Assembly: GCA_050248855.1 (NCBI GenBank)
Contig: JBFWRP010000022.1
Span: forward strand, 1 to 64,000
Source of the DNA: Planctomycetota bacterium
GTDB taxonomy: Bacteria > Planctomycetota > PLA2 > JAEUHO01
Length of the DNA stretch: 64,000 nucleotides
Direction: 5' to 3'
The position numbers were made by a program, and so were the translations under genes. Numbering within the stretch: position 1 is the stretch's first letter; every line of letters begins with the position of its first letter. This document shows positions 10,180 to 19,066 of the stretch, piece after piece. Below the pieces are notes generated by a model, which saw only the letters and a list, made by a program, of their open reading frames with translations, made no database searches and was not told where the DNA came from.

Positions 10180-12936
10180 TCAGCGGTACGCATACCGGGC
10201 CCCGTAGCGGTAGCCGTAGTAGGCCCCACCACGGCGTGCCGCCAGCCTTGCGTCGAACGCGTTCAGGATGACGCCGCGGAGCCGACCACCTGCACGCTCG
10301 ATCAGCTCGGCGGCTTCCCGCGGCACGTCGGTCCCGTACCGACCGGCGCGGACCAGGAGGAACACGCCGTCCAGGTGATGGAAGAAGGCCAACGCGTCGG
10401 ACACGGCCAGGACGGGCGGCACGTCGATGAGGATCGCGTCGTACAGGCCCCGTGCCGCGCGCAGGAGCTCGACCATTGCGTCCGACTCCAGCAGCCGCGC
10501 GTTCTGCATGCGTGCCGAGCCGGCGGGCAGGATGTCCAGCCCCGCGATCGGGCCGCTGACGACGGCCTGGCGCCAGGGCAGGTCGCCTGCGAGAACCTCG
10601 GCCAGGCCCGGTTCCCGCGCCGTGCGCGCCAAGCGATGCACGGCGGGGCGCCGCAAGTCACCGTCGATGACCAAGACGCGTTCGCCGGCCTGCGCCATCG
10701 TGATGGCGAGGTTCATCGTGGTGAGCGACTTGCCCTCGCCTTGCGTCGGCGACGTGATGGCCATGGTGCGGATCGGCGTATCGCGGTGCTCGTGGCGAAT
10801 GCTCGCTCGCAGCTTGCGATAGGTCTCGGCGAGGAGGCCGGTTTCCTGGTCCAGGGCCACAAGGGGCTTCGAGCGCTTGGCGCGTTCGCGACGCCGTACC
10901 GTGCGGAAGGCGGGCACGGCGCCCGCTAGAGGCTTGCCGACACCGCGCTCGACCTGGCGGGCGTTGCGAACGCGGTGATCGAGGTGCTCGCGGAGCCAGC
11001 AAGCGCCCAAGCCCGCGCCCAGGGCGGACACGACCGCCAGGGCCAGGTCCAGGAGGCGGTTGGGGGCAATCGGCCGCGGATGCAGCGAGGCCGCTTCCAG
11101 GACGGCGACCGGCACGGCTGTCGACGCGCGCGCGATCTCCGCCTCGCTCCGCCACCGCGCGAGGTCGTGCACCAGCCGCTCGTACTGCTGGACGGGACGA
11201 TTTACCTCGACCAAACCCTGTTCGAGCCGAGGGAGGTCGTGCCGCAATGTGGCTTGGAGCTCCTCGCGCTTCACGACGGCTGCGAGGCGACGCGCCAGAC
11301 GCTCTTCCTCCTGGCGCAGGGCCGCGCTGCGCTCGGCGACGAGCTTGGCAGCGGCCTCTCCGAGGAGGAGCTCGGTCTGCTCGATGCGCGCCCGCGCGTC
11401 ATCGTGTTCGAGCGAACCGACGCCATGACCGTGTCGGGCCAAGCGCCCGAGCTCCATCTGCAGGCGCGTGCGCTCGTCGATCAACGAGGATGTATGGGCA
11501 TCGACCTCGTCGGCGGGAACGAGCCGGAGCAGATCCAGGGGCGGGCGTTCGGCCTTGAGCAGCGCCAGCTGGTCGCGCACCGTTTCGAGCTCGAACTCGA
11601 ACTGCAGCCGCTCGCGTGCGAGGGCCCCCTGCTCCTCGAACGCAGCCGTAGCTCGCTCTTCGAGCAGCACGGCATCACGTTGGCGGACGTAGTCGTCGCG
11701 TCGACCGTAGGCCTCACGCAGGCGGCGAGTGGCCGTTCCGAGCTCGCCTTGTAGCCAAGCGAGAAGTCGCGTGGACTGCGTGAGCCGCGCTTCGTAGCGG
11801 GACGCGACGTAGGCGTCCATGACGGCGTGCACGATCTCCCGGGCCTGGAACGGATCGCCTGAAGAAGCCCGGAGAACGGCCACGTCCGAGTAGGCGCCAG
11901 CCTCGCTGGTTTCGATCGCAGCAACCACCCGCTGCACCGCATCCTCGGTCGAAAGGATGGCGAGATCGAACGCGACGCCGTTCGGATCGCCCGCGACCTG
12001 CGTGAGCACGAGCTCGACGCCCGCCCAGACCAGAGGCTCGCCAGGGTCGTGCGTTCCGTTTCCATCTACGTCGTCAAACGGCTCCCCAGGGCTGCGCCGG
12101 CCATCGCCGTCACGATCCTCGTACTGCTCGCCGGCAAACCACGTCCCGTCCCCATCGGTGTCGACGAAGCTCTCGGCGGCGGCGGGCCAGACCGCGTCTT
12201 CATCGCCAGGCGGGTCACCCGGGTTCCGCACATCGTCGCCATTGAGATCGTCGAACGGCTCCGGGGGGTCGTACGTCCCGTTGCCATTGGCGTCGGTGAA
12301 GGGCTCGGCCTCGTCCCAGCTCCCATTGCCGTTGGTGTCCGTCCACGGCTCCCTGAAGCGGAACCGGAGGGGCTGGGCCGAGGAAATGCCGCTCGAGGGC
12401 ACGGCCTGCCACGAACCGTCGGCCAAGCGTTCGAGGCGAAGCCGTCCCGTCCGGGTGGACGTCGGCGCCGTAGGCACCGTCGCCACGACATGGACGTGCG
12501 CCGAAGCGGCCTCGCGGAGGGCGCTCCACCAGCGCGACCACGTGCCCTCGCGGACCGGCTGGAGGTAGGCGCGGATGCGACTCCCCGGCGCTTCCACTGC
12601 GCTTCGCGCGACCGCGCGCGAACGCAGGGCCATGAGCTCGGCCTGCGTCTGGCTTCCGGCATCCATCGCCAACGCGGCGGCAAAGAGCCCCTCGTCGGTC
12701 CGAGGCTTGGGGACGTTGAGCTGGAGGTAGCCGTCGGACTGGTAGACCTCGGGCTTGCGGACCGCCGAGCGCATCACGATCAGGAACACGACCGCCGCCG
12801 CCACGAGGCCCCACCGGAAGTGGGCTCGCAGCATGCCCAGGATGTCCGCCATGTGCGAGGAGCCCGAGCTCCACGTGGGTGCGGGCGCCGCCGAGTTCGC
12901 CGGGGTCTCGCTCACGAATGCTGTCCCAACGACCAC
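10180..12936 (-). CDS. wzc: Wzc-type polysaccharide co-polymerase / BY tyrosine kinase with inserted acidic repeats
   Basis: Two TM helices flank a periplasmic coiled coil. ETYRKLRASI, Walker A SPTQGEGKS, A' IDGDLRRP, Walker B ILIDVPP, C-terminal Tyr cluster YYGYRYGARYAYR. Start uncertain (12936, 12915 or 12852). Confidence 0.9.
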   Translation of the reverse strand: MVVGTAFVSETPANSAAPAPTWSSGSSHMADILGMLRAHFRWGLVAAAVVFLIVMRSAVRKPEVYQSDGYLQLNVPKPRTDEGLFAAALAMDAGSQTQAELMALRSRAVARSAVEAPGSRIRAYLQPVREGTWSRWWSALREAASAHVHVVATVPTAPTSTRTGRLRLERLADGSWQAVPSSGISSAQPLRFRFREPWTDTNGNGSWDEAEPFTDANGNGTYDPPEPFDDLNGDDVRNPGDPPGDEDAVWPAAAESFVDTDGDGTWFAGEQYEDRDGDGRRSPGEPFDDVDGNGTHDPGEPLVWAGVELVLTQVAGDPNGVAFDLAILSTEDAVQRVVAAIETSEAGAYSDVAVLRASSGDPFQAREIVHAVMDAYVASRYEARLTQSTRLLAWLQGELGTATRRLREAYGRRDDYVRQRDAVLLEERATAAFEEQGALARERLQFEFELETVRDQLALLKAERPPLDLLRLVPADEVDAHTSSLIDERTRLQMELGRLARHGHGVGSLEHDDARARIEQTELLLGEAAAKLVAERSAALRQEEERLARRLAAVVKREELQATLRHDLPRLEQGLVEVNRPVQQYERLVHDLARWRSEAEIARASTAVPVAVLEAASLHPRPIAPNRLLDLALAVVSALGAGLGACWLREHLDHRVRNARQVERGVGKPLAGAVPAFRTVRRRERAKRSKPLVALDQETGLLAETYRKLRASIRHEHRDTPIRTMAITSPTQGEGKSLTTMNLAITMAQAGERVLVIDGDLRRPAVHRLARTAREPGLAEVLAGDLPWRQAVVSGPIAGLDILPAGSARMQNARLLESDAMVELLRAARGLYDAILIDVPPVLAVSDALAFFHHLDGVFLLVRAGRYGTDVPREAAELIERAGGRLRGVILNAFDARLAARRGGAYYGYRYGARYAYR
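12034..12351 (-). repeat. Six 15-aa intragenic repeats (EP[FW]xDxNGNGxxDxG-like) within wzc
   Basis: EPWTDTNGNGSWDEA / EPFTDANGNGTYDPP / EPFDDLNGDDVRNPG / spacer / ESFVDTDGDGTWFAG / EQYEDRDGDGRRSPG / EPFDDVDGNGTHDPG. Confidence 0.9.
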
Positions 12937-13051
12937 GACTCGCGGCGACCGGGGCCGGCCAGGAGGGCCGGTGCCGGGAGACGTCGCGTTCGGCCCGTGA
13001 AGGCACGACCCGACACCGGCACACCGGTCATGGCGCGATTCGACATGCCGA

Positions 13052-14182
13052 TCAGTTCTTCAGGGCGTCGGCGGCGTACGCGACACCCACGAGGGCCCCT
13101 GCCCCCTGGAGCAAAGGCATTGCCGCCTCGAGCGCGCGCCTGTAATCGGCCTCGGCCGTGGGAGCGACCAGCACACGGTCGCCCGGGTGCAGGAGGATCC
13201 CCTCGCCATACCGCCAGATCTCGTGCGCACTGATCGTGAACGCCCGCACGTCGCCGCACGTGCCGCGGAAGATGCGCACGCAGTCGTGGTCTGCGGTCTC
13301 GCGCTTCAAGCCCCCGGCCTCCGCGATGGCATCGGCCAGGGTCATGCGCGCGGGGGTGGGCTCTCCCGCCGGGCCCACGCCACGCCGCATCTCGATCGCA
13401 CGCGGCGAGTTGACTTCGCCAAGCACATAGACGTGCGAGGCGCGATCGCGGCGGTGGGGAACGAAGACCACGTCGCCCTGTCGCAGACGGAGGCCCCCGA
13501 AGGGGTGGGCCCGGTAGAAGACGTCGGCGAGGCTCACGGGCAGCACGTGCTGGCCCTCGCGAACCACATACGCCTCTTCGAGGCCCGCCTCGGCCATGTC
13601 CACGCCACCCGCGCGGCCGATGGCATCGCGGAGCGTCAGGCGACCGTCCACCGCAACCGCGCCGGGCTTGGCCACTTGCCCGAACACGTAGCAGGTCTGG
13701 GAGCGGTGCTCGATCACGTCCACGCTCACGAGCGCGCCCTTGAGCGGACCGGCGTCCAAGCGCTGGCGCACGTCCTCCTGCAGCTCGAGGGCCGTGCGCC
13801 CGGCGGCGGGGACCACGCGCAGGATCGGGAGGTAGACGTTGCCGTCGTCCTTCACGCGCGTGCCGACGATGTCGCCCTGGCTGGTCTCGCCGAAGCCCTT
13901 GAAGTCGACGCTGCCGGGGACGGTCACGTGGACGACGTCGCCGATGCCCAAGCGGTAGGGACCCGGATCTTCCAGGTGGATGCCGTTCAGCTCGGCAGCG
14001 CCTATCGCCGTGAACCCCGCCTCGTGCGGCTCGACGCTCTCGGTCATGAGGGCCCGGACGTCCCCGGGGTGGCGGGCGGGCGCCAGGGGCTTGGTCTGGC
14101 AGGCGGGAGCCACCATCAGGGCGAGGGCAAGGCCCAGTGTCCCCACTCCGCGGGCCCACCTGCCGCCGTGTCCGGTCTGCAT
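13052..14182 (-). CDS. wza: Polysaccharide export outer-membrane lipoprotein (Wza/OPX)
   Basis: GGGAGG SD; lipobox-like MVAPA-C. Poly_export motif YRLGIGDVV..DGNVYLP..V.AAGRT, two SLBB domains (VFGQVAKPG, VLGEVNSP..AIAEAGG) and a C-terminal amphipathic helix. Directly upstream of wzc. Confidence 0.88.
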   Translation of the reverse strand: MQTGHGGRWARGVGTLGLALALMVAPACQTKPLAPARHPGDVRALMTESVEPHEAGFTAIGAAELNGIHLEDPGPYRLGIGDVVHVTVPGSVDFKGFGETSQGDIVGTRVKDDGNVYLPILRVVPAAGRTALELQEDVRQRLDAGPLKGALVSVDVIEHRSQTCYVFGQVAKPGAVAVDGRLTLRDAIGRAGGVDMAEAGLEEAYVVREGQHVLPVSLADVFYRAHPFGGLRLRQGDVVFVPHRRDRASHVYVLGEVNSPRAIEMRRGVGPAGEPTPARMTLADAIAEAGGLKRETADHDCVRIFRGTCGDVRAFTISAHEIWRYGEGILLHPGDRVLVAPTAEADYRRALEAAMPLLQGAGALVGVAYAADALKN

Positions 14183-14258
14183 GTCGCGCCCTCCCACGTC
14201 GTCGCCCCCACTATGCACGGTAGGGCGCGCCAAGCGAAGCGGCGCCCACGGGAGCCGT

Positions 14259-15782
14259 TCAGGCTCCCTGACGCCTCGCGACCACTGCGCTGGCCGGCGG
14301 GTGGGGAGCCGACGTGGGCTTGGGCGCCGACCCGGATCGCGAAGCGTCCGCATCCAGGTCTCGCAAGCGGCGCGCGGCGAGGCGAACGAGCTCGCAGACG
14401 ACCGTCTCCCGCGCGAGCGCGAGCGACTCGGGGGGCGGCGTGGCGTCCTGGCACCACCAGCGGGCCTCCGTACCGTCCTCCAGGGGGATGTCCCGGGACG
14501 CATCCTGGGGCCCCAGCGGCCGACCGAACGTGGCCCGGCTGAAGGACAACCCCGCAAGCGGCAGGTCGTCGACCAGGCGCTGGACGGCGCGCCGGACGTC
14601 TTCGACGCTTCGTGCGAGTCGCAGCAGCCCGGCGACGTAGCCCTCGAGCAGGTAGAGGCGCTGCCACCGCGCCCGCCCGTGGATGGCCCGCGAGAGCCGG
14701 GCCCGCCCCAGGCGCATCACGCCCAAGACCACCACCAGCCCCAGGACCAGCGTCGCCGTCAGCGAGGCCAGGCCCGGTCGCCATTGCGACAGCGCCAAGG
14801 GGATCGTGGCCAGGACCGTCAGCAGGGCCAACGCCAGGCCCCGACGCCCGCCCGTCAGCTCGAACATGCGGTGGTGCAGATGGCCAAGGTCGGCCGCGGA
14901 CAGGGGGATGCCGCGCACCCAGCGCCGCGCCAGGGCAAGGCCCAAGTCGAGCAGGGGTACGGCCATCAGCCCGAGGACCAGAGGCGCGTTCTGTGCCGGA
15001 GGCAGCTCCACGACGAGGGCCCCGACGACGAACCCGAGCACCATGCTGCCACTGTCCCCGAAGAACACACGTGCCCGCGGCAAGTTGAACGCGAGCACAC
15101 CGATCACGGGGCCCGCCACCGCCGCGAGCGGCAGCAACGGCGCCCCGCCCAACGCGAGGCCAAGCAGGGCGACGAGCGTCAGCATGCCCAGCAGCCCGTC
15201 GAGACCGTCGACCAGGTTGAAGGCGTTGGTCACGCCGACGATCCAGACGAAGAGGAGCAAGCTGCCCCAACCGCCGAGGTCGATGACGCCGACGCCAAGC
15301 CCCGGGGCGCCGATCTGGTGCACGTCCAGACCGGACAGCACGACGACGAGCGCTCCGACGGCCTGCGCACCGAGCTTGGTGCGCGCACGGACCCCGAAGA
15401 GGTCATCGAGAACGCCGACCCCCCAGACGAGCGCAGCACCGGCCGCGATGGCAGGCCCGTGGCCCGGAAGGGTCAGCGCCAGGCCCAGCAGCGCGAGTGG
15501 GCCCATCATCCATCCCCCGATCTGGGGAATGGGTTGTCCGTGCGCGCGACGGCCGCCGGGCAGGGCTCGCGCGCGGATGCGCGGCACGACGACGACGAGC
15601 AGCAAGCACACGCCAGCCGCACCGAGCACGGCGCCCGAGACGAGGGTCCACGCGGCGCTCGGCGCACCCGCGAGGAGCAGGACGCCTGCGAAGGTCGCCG
15701 TGAGAAGCAGCGCGAGGCCCAAGGCATGCGCCTGGGGCAAACCTTGTTTCCAGCTCCGCGCCGCGAATCCCCGCTCCCTCAT
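14259..15782 (-). CDS. wecA: Undecaprenyl-phosphate HexNAc-1-phosphate transferase (WecA/TagO, MraY-like)
   Basis: IPQIGG, GVLDD, TNAFNLVDGLDGL, FNLPRARVFFGDSGS, D.GHLHH. Has an extra soluble C-terminal tail. Confidence 0.85.
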   Translation of the reverse strand: MRERGFAARSWKQGLPQAHALGLALLLTATFAGVLLLAGAPSAAWTLVSGAVLGAAGVCLLLVVVVPRIRARALPGGRRAHGQPIPQIGGWMMGPLALLGLALTLPGHGPAIAAGAALVWGVGVLDDLFGVRARTKLGAQAVGALVVVLSGLDVHQIGAPGLGVGVIDLGGWGSLLLFVWIVGVTNAFNLVDGLDGLLGMLTLVALLGLALGGAPLLPLAAVAGPVIGVLAFNLPRARVFFGDSGSMVLGFVVGALVVELPPAQNAPLVLGLMAVPLLDLGLALARRWVRGIPLSAADLGHLHHRMFELTGGRRGLALALLTVLATIPLALSQWRPGLASLTATLVLGLVVVLGVMRLGRARLSRAIHGRARWQRLYLLEGYVAGLLRLARSVEDVRRAVQRLVDDLPLAGLSFSRATFGRPLGPQDASRDIPLEDGTEARWWCQDATPPPESLALARETVVCELVRLAARRLRDLDADASRSGSAPKPTSAPHPPASAVVARRQGA

Positions 15783-15940
15783 GGCTCTCCCAGCCTGACT
15801 GGAGGTGTCGGCCCGACCAAGCTCCCCTTGCTGATGCTAGCGCGCGCCTCGCGGGAACCCGCCACCGATCTTGGGGCCCCCGGGGGCAGGCGGGCTCCCT
15901 GGCGGAGCGGCGCCCGGCCCCCGCCGTCGGGGGGGGCGGG

Positions 15941-16960
15941 TCAGGCTCCCCGACGCCAGAGCCGCCGCCCGTCGGCCAACCAGTCGCGAACGCGGGGAAG
16001 CTCCTCGCCCGCGAGCAGCCCCTCGGCGCAGAGGGCCTCGTAGCAGCGCTCCATGTTGGCTTCGAGGGCTTCGATGCCCGGTTCGAGGGCGAGGCCTTCG
16101 AGAAGCGCCACGAGCGCCTCGCTCTTCGTCTGGACCTCGACCTCGTCCACGAAATCGCGCATGAGGTCGTGCTCGTTGCGCAGCTGGACGACCTCGGGCG
16201 GGTGATGGACGACGCCCTGGTCGACTTCGCGGAGGCAGCGCTGCGCCACGAAGCTCCGCCAGATGTCCGTGCTGCGGAACGCGCACGTCGTGGGCAGGTA
16301 CATCAGCGGATAGGCGAGCGGCCACCACCACGTGCTCTGGCTGTTGAACGGATGCCAGTGGCCCGGCGGCACCCAACGGCTCGGGCCGTCGGGGAAGCGG
16401 ACGTCGCGGTCGAGCACGAGGCGCCACACGGCGTCCACGTCCGGTGAGCCATCGGCCATGCCCTGCTGTACCGAGGAGCGCACCTCGAGGGTCGTCTCGT
16501 CGGCGTCCTGCCATGTCGCCGGGTCGTGGAGATGGCGCAGGGGGAAGCCCCGCGGCCAGAGGAGCTCGCCCGAGAGCGCCCGGTACGTGTTCATCCACGC
16601 ATGGCCGTCGAAGCGGCGGGCGTGCGTCGTTTCGGTGCGCCGTGCCCAGCCCGCCGCAGGCTCGTTGTCGTCGTCGGTCTCGTAGATGCAGCGGGCGCCC
16701 GCGCGCATCGCCAGGAGGTAGCCCAGGTTCTTCCGCGCGTAGTGCCCCGTCGGCAGGCTACGGGCCAGATGGAAGTCGAGGCGTTGCTGTTCGGCAAGGT
16801 CGAAGAAATCGCTGCCGTCGAGATCGAACGACGCAGGTCCCTTCTTGTCGCCGATCACGATCAACCGCCCACCGGCCGCGGCGACGCGAGGCCCCAGCCG
16901 CTGCATGCAGCCCGTGGGCTCCTGGATCGTCGTCACGACGCAGGCCCACTCGATCGCCAT
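15941..16960 (-). CDS. STELLO/DUF288-like putative glycosyltransferase
   Basis: VVTTIQEPT, VIGDKKGP, HYARKNLGYL.A...GA..IYETDDDN, WPRGFPL, QQG.ADGSPDVDA, PFNSQ.T, FRSTDIWRS, RNEHDLMRDF. Confidence 0.8.
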   Translation of the reverse strand: MAIEWACVVTTIQEPTGCMQRLGPRVAAAGGRLIVIGDKKGPASFDLDGSDFFDLAEQQRLDFHLARSLPTGHYARKNLGYLLAMRAGARCIYETDDDNEPAAGWARRTETTHARRFDGHAWMNTYRALSGELLWPRGFPLRHLHDPATWQDADETTLEVRSSVQQGMADGSPDVDAVWRLVLDRDVRFPDGPSRWVPPGHWHPFNSQSTWWWPLAYPLMYLPTTCAFRSTDIWRSFVAQRCLREVDQGVVHHPPEVVQLRNEHDLMRDFVDEVEVQTKSEALVALLEGLALEPGIEALEANMERCYEALCAEGLLAGEELPRVRDWLADGRRLWRRGA

Positions 16961-17084
16961 GGTCCGTGCTCCTCCGTGCCGCGCGCATCCTCACCCGCGG
17001 ATGCAAAGCCGTGAAGTCTTCCGTCGCTTGCCGAAGGCCGCAGGGACGCGGGGAGTGTTGCCGCAGCTCGCCGAAGGCCGGCCC

Positions 17085-17182
17085 GTACGGAGTCGGGTGA
17101 GATTCCACCCTCGGGCCGCGACGCGCGATCGCCGGCGTGGATACCTGGCAGCCCGAGGGTGGAATCTCACCCGACTCCGTAC
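17085..17182. repeat. Perfect 32-bp inverted repeat (REPIN/MITE-like)
   Basis: gtacggagtcgggtgagattccaccctcgggc at 17085-17116 is the exact reverse complement of 17151-17182, with a 34-bp spacer. Confidence 0.9.
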
Positions 17183-17204
17183 TGCGTACCGCGACCGCGT
17201 ACCG

Positions 17205-19064
17205 TCAGGCCGCGCACTCCGGCGTGCCGCCGGGTCCCGACGACGAGGCGAGCCACGCCTGGAGCATCAACACGGCCCACAAACGACGCCCGGCCGGACG
17301 CTCGCCACTCGCGTGCCCCTGCCAGGTGGCCTCCACGGCCGCGACGTCGAGCAGCCCCTGCCCACGCAGCCGCTGCGGATCCAGCAACCCACGCGCCCAC
17401 GCCGCCAACGGCCCGCGAAGCCAGGCATCGAGCGGGATCGAGAACCCCTGCTTGGGACGGTCCACGAGCTCGGTCGGCAGGCGCCGCCGTAGCAGCGCAC
17501 GCACGACGCGCTTGCCTCGTGTTCCCTCGACCAGATGTCCATCGGGCAGGCGCCACGCCGCATCGAACACCCCTGGTGCCAAGAACGGACTGCGCGCCTC
17601 CAGACCCACGCCCATCGTGGCCCGGTCCACCTTCACGAGCAGGTCGTCCGGCAGGTACGTGATCGCGTCGAGCCACTGCAAGGTGCGCCCGCGCGAGAGG
17701 CCCGCGGGCGGCGCCTCCGCAGGCCCCGGCACGGGCCGCGCGAGCGCCGCCACGTCGCGCGACAGCGGCAGCCTTCGCCACGCCGCATGCACGTTGCGCT
17801 GCACGCGCACGGCCGACGAAGCAGCCGCCCCCCATCCCGCGCGACGATCGGCCAGCGCCTGACGCCACCACCAGAAGCGCCGCCGCGCCGCGAGGTGATG
17901 GGCGTAACCGCCGAACAGCTCATCCCCACCGTCGCCGCCGAGCACCACCGTCACGTGCTGTCGGGCCAGCTGGGCCACGAGCGCCGTGGGCACCTGGGAC
18001 GAGTCGGCAAACGGCTCGTCGAACCGCTCGGCGAGAGCCGGCACCAGGGCCAGCGCGTCCTCCGGGCGCGTCCGCAGCACCGTCGCGTCGCGCCCCAGGT
18101 GCTGCGCGACGGCACGTGCATGCGGCGACTCGTCCTGCGCGGCTTCGGCGAAGCCGATGGTGAACGTCCGGACATCGGCACTCTCGGGCATCGACAGCAG
18201 CACTGCGGACGAGTCCACGCCGCCGGACAGCAGCACGCCCACCGGTACGTCGGCACGGATGCGCGCCGCCACCGACGCCGCCAGCGCCGCCTCGACCTCG
18301 TCGACGGCCTCGTCGAAGCTCCCCGTGGTCCGGGAGGTGCGCGCACGCTGCACGGCTTCCCGCGCCGACCACCAACGCCGCGGCTCGCTGCGCGCGGAGC
18401 CATCGGGCCCCACCTCGAGCCAATGACCCGCCGGCAGCTTGCGCAGCGCGGCGTACACGCAGCGATCGCCGCCGATCCATCCCAACGCCAGCAGCTCGGC
18501 GAGCGCAGTGGCCGCGAGCCGCGTATCGAACGCGGGAAACGGCCGGAGCGCGGACACCTGCGAGCCGAACAGGAACGTGTTGCCCATCCAGCCGTAGACC
18601 AGCGGCTTCTCGCCGAAGCGATCGCGCGCGAGCACGAGGCGGCGCTCCCTGCCCCGCCACCAAGCGAACGCGAACATGCCCTCCACGGCGTCGAGCGTGG
18701 TCTCGAGCCCCCACGCCACCAGGGCGGCCAGCAACACCTCCGTGTCGGCATGACCTCGCCACGCGGGCGCCAGCCCCTGCGCCTCGAGCCGCGCGCGCAC
18801 CTCGTCCGCGTTGTAAATCTCGCCGTTGAACACCAGCACGTGCTGGCCGTCGGCGCTGACCATGGGCTGGTTGCCGGCCGCACTCGTGTCCAGCACCGCC
18901 AGCCGACGAAAGCCCAAGGCGAGGCCCGCCGCGGCGTCGACCCACGTCCCCTCCGCATCGGGCCCTCGCGCACGGAGCGCCGCCGCCATGGGCGCAAGGC
19001 GTTCGAGCAGGGCACCGCGCTCGAGCTGACCGGGCGGCCCCCAGAAGCCCACGAGGCCGCACAT
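17205..19064 (-). CDS. asnB: Second asparagine synthase-like amidotransferase
   Basis: MCG start, RGPD, GFRRLAV, FNGEIYN, ARDRFGEKPL, LLSGGVDSS, DEPFADSSQVPT, GDGGDELFGGY, YLPDDLLVKVDRATM, KQGFSIP. Confidence 0.92.
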   Translation of the reverse strand: MCGLVGFWGPPGQLERGALLERLAPMAAALRARGPDAEGTWVDAAAGLALGFRRLAVLDTSAAGNQPMVSADGQHVLVFNGEIYNADEVRARLEAQGLAPAWRGHADTEVLLAALVAWGLETTLDAVEGMFAFAWWRGRERRLVLARDRFGEKPLVYGWMGNTFLFGSQVSALRPFPAFDTRLAATALAELLALGWIGGDRCVYAALRKLPAGHWLEVGPDGSARSEPRRWWSAREAVQRARTSRTTGSFDEAVDEVEAALAASVAARIRADVPVGVLLSGGVDSSAVLLSMPESADVRTFTIGFAEAAQDESPHARAVAQHLGRDATVLRTRPEDALALVPALAERFDEPFADSSQVPTALVAQLARQHVTVVLGGDGGDELFGGYAHHLAARRRFWWWRQALADRRAGWGAAASSAVRVQRNVHAAWRRLPLSRDVAALARPVPGPAEAPPAGLSRGRTLQWLDAITYLPDDLLVKVDRATMGVGLEARSPFLAPGVFDAAWRLPDGHLVEGTRGKRVVRALLRRRLPTELVDRPKQGFSIPLDAWLRGPLAAWARGLLDPQRLRGQGLLDVAAVEATWQGHASGERPAGRRLWAVLMLQAWLASSSGPGGTPECAA

Positions 19065-19066
19065 CG

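Noticed and set aside
12034..12351. Possible CRISPR array or non-coding tandem repeat
   Set aside because: The 45-nt periodicity is in frame and conserved at protein level with synonymous divergence. There are no identical repeats with unique spacers and no cas genes.
16981..17030. Resemblance to a c-di-GMP-I riboswitch (gatgcaaagcc; also gtcacgggcaaac at 40961)
   Set aside because: Only fragments of the consensus are present, the GNRA stem is missing, and the orientation does not precede a gene on that strand.
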